A stretch of DNA of 54,927 nucleotides, the filler included, from Squatina squatina (lineage: Eukaryota), in assembly GCA_031763465.1 (NCBI GenBank). It is 3 parts of 3 records of this genome, joined end to end, with 100 filler letters (N's around TTAATTAATTAA, not from the genome) between each part and the next. Parts side by side here need not be neighbours in the genome. Positions count along the whole stretch, not along the records: positions 39,396 to 54,927 come from JARFOE010000100.1; 2 more parts are not named here. One strand, given 5' to 3'. Below are positions 48,404 through 54,927 of this stretch, one piece after another (the first letter of the stretch is position 1; each line of letters begins with the position of its first letter). Made by a program: the position numbers and the translations under genes. The notes beneath the pieces were generated by a model that did no database searches, was not told the origin of the DNA, and saw nothing but the letters and a program-made list of their open reading frames with translations.

Positions 48404-50477
48404 CTGCAAGAACCAGAAAACTCAATGTTCCGTGGGAAAACATGCTTCAAACTCTGAAAAAGATGAAAATACTTTTGATTAAGCAATTTAATGTTTAGTT
48501 CTTATGCCAACTTAAAAGAAGCCAAGACTTACTCAAGGCAATTCTTTTGTGAAGTGGTTGATGGAAAAGATATGAAGCACTGGGTGCAACGCTTCCTACA
48601 TTTTATACCTGGGACACGTTGGATGTTAAATCACTAACATATTGAATATTTACACAAGTTATATTGAGCATCTGCAAATTTTATTGTCAAGTACACACCT
48701 TAACAGCTTGAGAATAGTGACTGATAAATTATGCCTATCTCCTGTAATATAAAATACAAGTTCCTTGAGTTCAAAAAATTCCAAGCTATAGAGATTAAGC
48801 AATTTTAAAACTAAGGTCTCAAAATAGGAGTTGTTACGCTGTGGAATAAATATGAAGGACAACTGACTCGTGGGACGAAGATGGAGGCGCANNNNNNNNN
48901 NNNNNNNNNNNNNNNNNNNNNNNNNNNNNNNNNNNNNNNNNNNNNNNNNNNNNNNNNNNNNNNNNNNNNNNNNNNNNNNNNNNNNNNNNNNTATATTTAT
49001 AGTGCACTTGCACTGGATTTCCTAGTTTTTTCATTTAAACGAATGAAGGCTAAGCAAAAGGTAGTGATCTTGTGATAATTCAACTCTTGCCCTGAGATGG
49101 TTTGCATTCTCTCAATCCTCTCAGTATTAAGGGTTAAAAATGAATCAATCCTTGGGATCTCTCTGTGTTGCTCTCAAATTAAATTATGTCATTAGCAAAG
49201 ATTAGGCCGCGTTGAGATGTTGGCAGCATTATTACCATCTGAATCTACGAATGTAGGATAGAGATCCACATTTGTACAAGAGCTAGTCAATTACAGTAAT
49301 AAACATGAATGGGGCCAATATGTTTCCCTGAAGTGCAGCAGTTATGACCTGGAATTAATTGGTTAGCTGCCATCTGCAAAGACTGAGCTCTTTGAGTTGT
49401 CATGTAGGACTCTGTTGAGTTTAAACATGCTAAGTTGGATGCAATAGTGTTTCACAGTTATAGAATTCTTCTCTAATTTATTCAATGGTCTTGAAGTTGA
49501 TGAAGGACATTTAGAGTGGAAGTACAATATTTGGTTAATTATTTCAGAGGAAACCCAGCTTGTAAATTTGCTNNNNNNNNNNNNNNNNNNNNNNNNNNNN
49601 NNNNNNNNNNNNNNNNNNNNNNNNNNNNNNNNNNNNNNNNNNNNNNNNNNNNNNNNNNNNNNNNNNNNNNNNNNNNNNNNNNNNNNNNNNNNNNNNNNNN
49701 NNNNNNNNNNNNNNNNNNNNNNNNNNNNNNNNNNNNNNNNNNNNNNNNNNNNNNNNNNNNNNNNNNNNNNNNNNNNNNNNNNNNNNNNNNNNNNNNNNNN
49801 NNNNNNNNNNNNNNNNNNNNNNNNNNNNNNNNNNNNNNNNNNNNNNNNNNNNNNNNNNNNNNNNNNNNNNNNNNNNNNNNNNNNNNNNNNNNNNNNNNNN
49901 NNNNNNNNNNNNNNNNNNNNNNNNNNNNNNNNNNNNNCATTTGTTGGCAGCCCACAAAATATTAAAGGCACCATTGCTGACGGTCCACACTCTGCCCGCT
50001 AACCTGGTCTCAGCTTTAATACAACAGCAGCAACAGATGGAAGAGGCCTGAAGCATCCTTCTGCTATTAATGGAAATGCTGCTGATTGTCCTTCTGTAAC
50101 TGTGAGATGCACAGTTACAGCCAGCAAATTCATTTACATAATTCTTTCAAGCAAGTCTGACTGGTGACCAAACAGGCTTTCCTGCTTAAAATTGAAAAGT
50201 CACCAGGAATCTTGAATCACTTCAGAGCACCCTGCAGTACAATTGCAATGCCATATGGTCTTTTGAATGGCACTGATTGTTCTCCAGGAGATCCACAGCT
50301 TGCTGACTGTGAACGTTTTGTGATGTACTCGTGCCAGCAAAATGTCCATACTTCCAAGTCGTATTAGTGCTATGATTGGATGGCAGCTGAGAGAGCAGTC
50401 ATCACATTCAATCCCCAACCTAGGTGGCATCCTTCACCTTGAAAAGGACAAAAAGAACATCAGCATTCCAATTTAAA

Positions 50478-50659
50478 CAGAGAATGCTGGAAAAAAAAAA
50501 CTCGGCAGGTCAGGCAGCATCTGTGGAGAGAGAAAAACAGAGTCAACGTTTCGGGTCGATGACCCTTCATCAGAACTGGGAAAAAGTCAGAATTGTAGCT
50601 GGTTTTTATGCACCTGCAGGGGCGGGGGACGGGGGGAGGGGAGAAGGAACAAAAGGGAA
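50478..50659 (-). mobile_element. Penelope-like element terminal repeat fragment
   Basis: Carries the hammerhead motif. The segment tgctggaaaa..ctc(a/g)gcaggtcaggcagca recurs at ~14500, ~23645 and ~52945. Confidence 0.6.
50541..50577 (-). ncRNA. Minimal hammerhead ribozyme motif (Penelope-like element type)
   Basis: Minus strand reads AGUU CUGAUGA A GGGUC AUC GACCC GAAA C GUU GACU. It has both catalytic boxes, a 5-bp stem II, a 4-bp stem I (one G-U) and a loopless palindromic stem III. Confidence 0.75.
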
Positions 50660-52924
50660 NNNNNNNNNNNNNNNNNNNNNNNNNNNNNNNNNNNNNNNNN
50701 NNNNNNNNNNNNNNNNNNNNNNNNNNNNNNNNNNNNNNNNNNNNNNNNNNNNNNNNNNNCCTTAAAACATGTGAAGAAAACAACTACACTACCTTGACTG
50801 TTGATAAAAAAAAAAATCCTATTGGAGATTCCCTCCCAGAATTCAATTCAGTATAGCTTCCCAAAGCAGCCACATTGTGTTAAACTAATTGCAAATTACA
50901 TCTAGCTCCAGGTCTTGGTTGAGAATCCATACTGCTGTATATTAATGTGGAGGGTGAGTTTTTGTGGCAGAAACAGCAGGAAATGGAACCAGTGAGAATG
51001 TGCCCATAAACAAAAAGTAGAAACTGCTGCAAGAACAGTGTATAAATGAAGACGAATAAACTATGTTGTGTTTATATTTCTATTTATGATGCTAAAATAC
51101 ATGTAATTTTTCAGGAGCAAAAATGTGCTTTTGTGGAAATTATATTTTTCTTGACTAATGCTGAAAGTGACAGAATTCTTTTAAAGTTTTAAGTTCAGTA
51201 AAGCAGCGATTTTGATCAATTTTTTGGGGTCAAAATAAATCCAACTGCAGGAAAACTACAAATATAACTTGTAAAGTTGTGATTTTTGATCTTGCCTGCT
51301 CAGTGTTCCATGCTGCTTTTGAAATATTTTTGAACTTGATTTTATGGGTGCTTTTTGTAACTACAGACCACAATAATTTTTTAAAAAATGTAAAAATATG
51401 TCCATCTGTGGGTTAGAATGCTCTTCGTTCTTGGAATGTGGGTTTGAATCCAGCCAAGATAAATGGAATGAAAGTCTGCCATGTGTACAGATCCTAAGTA
51501 AAATGTTTGNNNNNNNNNNNNNNNNNNNNNNNNNNNNNNNNNNNNNNNNNNNNNNNNNNNNNNNNNNNNNNNNNNNNNNNNNNNNNNNNNNNNNNNNNNN
51601 NNNNNNNNNNNNNNNNNNNNNNNNNNNNNNNNNNNNNNNNNNNNNNNNNNNNNNNNNNNNNNNNNNNNNNNNNNNNNNNNNNNNNNNNNNNNNNNNNNNN
51701 NNNNNNNNNNNNNNNNNNNNNNNNNNNNNNNNNNNNNNNNNNNNNNNNNNNNNNNNNNNNNNNNNNNNNNNNNNNNNNNNNNNNNNNNNNNNNNNNNNNN
51801 NNNNNNNNNNNNNNNNNNNNNNNNNNNNNNNNNNNNNNNNNNNNNNNNNNNNNNNNNNNNNNNNNNNNNNNNNNNNNNNNNNNNNNNNNNNNNNNNNNNN
51901 NNNNNNNNNNNNNNNNNNNNNNNNNNNNNNNNNNNNNNNNNNNNNNNNNNNNNNNNNNNNNNNNNNNNNNNNNNNNNNNNNNNNNNNNNNCTAAGGCTTT
52001 ATAATAGGACTGAGATGCATTGTTTGGGAGATGTAGAGGAAGTTTTACGGTAAATCAACGTATAGGTGTGCTTCTATGAAAGAGTGCTTGTTGCTGACAC
52101 TGGGTGCCAAAGTGGCTAAGGGTCTATTTCATCACTTGGAATTTGTCACGTACTCTTTCCCATCAACCGCAACTGAATAAAAAATTATTTGATCGTGGAT
52201 GACTGCTATAACAAGCTGTTGTCTTGTGTGGTCTGTATATTGCATCCTCTTGCTCACTTGCTAGAGGAAGAATAATTTACTGTTCTAGCCCTCAGTTAGT
52301 CATTATTTGCATTCAATATTAGTACTATAACCTGTTGAGGAATGTGCATAACTACTTTATAGCCTGATTACTGTTTATAATTTTTATTGTACCCATGGGA
52401 TGATTATTCAAAATGAGAAGCTATTGATTTTGTGACCTCTTCTGCGCACGAATATTAGAAGGCCTCTAGTCACTTCAGTTTCATAATGTCCTTGCAGCTT
52501 TCTGATTTACATAACATTTATATTTAACATTAAAAATAGCATCTCTTAACTTCCTGTGAACAGACCAGGCTCTTGAATGGTGAAAATGAGATGACCTGTG
52601 TGCTCCGAATAATGTCAATTGATGATTTGAACAGTGAAGTAGCTGTAATATATATCTGTAATCTATAAAATGCTAGGGCTGACACCTCTGGCATGTTTGT
52701 TCCAATGATGATTTTGTTCTACCCCGAAAGGTTTCTGCACTCATTCCAGTACGGTACTTTAACCATGGGACAGAAAAATGAGAGGTGCTCCCCTACACGA
52801 GGTATGTGCCTTTTGATGCCCNNNNNNNNNNNNNNNNNNNNNNNNNNNNNNNNNNNNNNNNNNNNNNNNNNNNNNNNNNNNNNNNNNNNNNNNNNNNNNN
52901 NNNNNNNNNNNNNNNNNNNNNAGC

Positions 52925-53002
52925 AATCTGAAACAAAACCAGAAAATGCTGGAAACACACAGCAAATCAGTCAGCATCTGTGGAGAGAACAGACAAGTTA
53001 AT
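52925..53002 (-). mobile_element. Penelope-like terminal repeat fragment, interrupted by another repeat
   Basis: agaaaatgctggaaacacacagcaaatcagtcagcatctgtggagagaac..agttaa. Similarity stops where the hammerhead would begin. Confidence 0.5.
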
Positions 53003-53360
53003 GGTCCAGAATTTGTTGGAGCGGGGCATCGTGCAGCATGCCCTGCTTTAGACAATTTCCATCACATTTCAACTCAAAAAATCTTTACCCTGCAAGTTCC
53101 CGGAAGTGTGAGTTGATAACGGGGCATCTGAGACCTAGGTGAATGATGGGACGAACAGTCTGTCTCCTTAACTAATGAGAGTTAAGGATTGAGAAAGAAA
53201 CAGGAACAATAGAAAAGGAAATAGGGTAAATTCAAGTCCAATCAGGTAAGAAAGAGAAATAAAGGGAAAGAAAGATTGAATTGAGAGAGAGAGAGGGGTA
53301 GAGGAAAGAGGCAGAAAGGAAAAGTAAGAAAAACTTTTAAAAATTCAAGTTTTAAAAATC
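53003..53360. repeat. Non-autonomous DNA-transposon-like repeat, copy 2
   Basis: Starts ggtccagaatttg (copy 1 starts gacccagattttg). Shares the purine-rich core with copy 1. Confidence 0.7.
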
Positions 53361-53949
53361 TCTACATTCAATATCTGTAAACGTTGTCTATGGCGAGATT
53401 TAACATTTCCTGTGTACAGTGGAGAATCTGAGATTACAATGTATTCAGCTTGTCATTTAGGGTGGGTAGGAATGCAACCCGAGCAGTGTTTGAACTTGAG
53501 GTTTTATGGGTGTGCATGAGAGTGCTTAAATGGCTTGAAATGTGTGCCAATTTAGCAACAATTGCACGTTCTGTTGCAAATCAGGAATGTATGTAAATTT
53601 ATTGCTACTTTTCAATGTTCTTGTATAGAATCTGGTCCTTTTGATTCCATGATCTCTCTCCAAATGTAGCTGTATTTCCTCTGCAGGCTCATAATAGTTC
53701 TGTGCAAAGAGCACAGCCAATTCCATTGACTTAGAAATGTTTCTTTAATTCAGAGACCATAGTAAAGAGCCAAGACCCCATCGTGCCACCAAAGTTGAAA
53801 AGTGTAAAAAGAGAATGCTAGGTAAATTGGGAGGAGGTGATGCCAAGGTTGGGTTTTAGAAGCTTGAACTTTGTAGGAGGAGGGGAAGCCAATAAGCTAA
53901 ATAGTTTCCCAACTTTGAGGTCCTCCGAAGGAATTAATTTAATTAGGAG

Positions 53950-54217
53950 TTATGTGAATTAGAACTAAGCCATTTAGCAGTGAAATTAGGAAGTACATTT
54001 TCGCACAAAAGGTAGTGGAAATCTGGAACTCTTCCCAAAAGGCTATGGCTGCTCTGCCAATTGAAATTTTCAATACTGATAACAATAGATATTTGTTGGG
54101 TGATGACATCAAGGGATACAAATCAAAGGTAAATGAAGTTGAGATATAGATCAGCCATGATCTCATTGAATGGCGGATGAGGCTGGAGGGCCTGAGTGGA
54201 CTATACCTGTTCTTATG
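53950..54217 (+). mobile_element. CR1-like LINE 3' end
   Basis: gaaattaggaagtacattttcgcacaaaaggtagtggaaatctggaactc...gatcagccatgatctcattgaatggcgg. Confidence 0.8.
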
Positions 54218-54927
54218 AAACTAATTTGCAGTCTCACTGAGAACCTAGAGAATGGTAAGGGTTATTGGTACTGTGATAGTTTTTTTGAGGTAGTGGTGCG
54301 TTGTTGGGAAGTGTAAAGAGAAGTGTTAGTCAACATCTATCCTCCACGTTACCTAATGGCCAGTGTTATTTACTGGTTTATTACAGTGGATTTTCCAGTG
54401 CTAACATCCCTTACCTTCATGATCACAAAATTAACAACTCCATCAAACCTCTCCAAATTCAAAACTTCAACAAACATATCCCCTAATAAGGCATGATCTT
54501 AATACCAGTAGTTGGTTAGCTGCTGGTCAATGTGGAAAGAATGGACTGCAAACATTACCAACAGTAAACTTCACAATTTGAACCAACATCTGGTTATCAG
54601 GTTGTTTATAAGAAGTCAGTTTAAGAATGTATCTGCGTAAGCAGGAACCATCAGTATTGCTGTGTGATTCTTGTCCAGTTGGCCTTCAAGTTGGCTGCTC
54701 AATACATTGTTTGTCTGTTGAATCACAGTTAATGTTGAGATTCTTTTTCTTCTAAGTTTGGCATTTGATACCATGGTGTTTTAGCATCTTGCATACATTT
54801 TGTTTTCTTTCTCTTGGCAGGAAATCAGAAAACTCAGCGCAGTTTTTGACTAGGAGAAAAAAACTAAAATCTCGAGTTTTTTTTTAAATTTCGAATTCAG
54901 ATAAGCTGAAGGTCATTTTGTAAAGTT

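Overview
Eukaryotic, AT-rich, intron- and repeat-dominated vertebrate DNA, most likely from a cartilaginous fish (inferred from the Deu-type SINE, CR1/L2, Harbinger and Penelope repeat landscape). The assembly is heavily fragmented, with dozens of ~100-N gaps and two synthetic TTAATTAATTAA linkers. The backbone is the 5' part of DLG2 (PSD-93) on the minus strand, seen as three exons in the mammalian order: the L27 exon, the palmitoylated MFFACYC first exon and the MLASIW first exon. A TMEM126A-like gene follows divergently on the plus strand, as in mammals. Also present are a 5'-truncated TMEM177 CDS, an NHS-family (NHSL1/KIAA1522-like) first coding exon antisense inside DLG2, and several orphan exon candidates; these may be misplaced contigs. 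The most notable non-coding signals are a minimal hammerhead ribozyme motif in a Penelope-like terminal repeat and several RFX X-box motifs. I found no convincing wholly new system. Gene calls rest on my recall of vertebrate protein sequences, not on a database search, and repeat boundaries are approximate.
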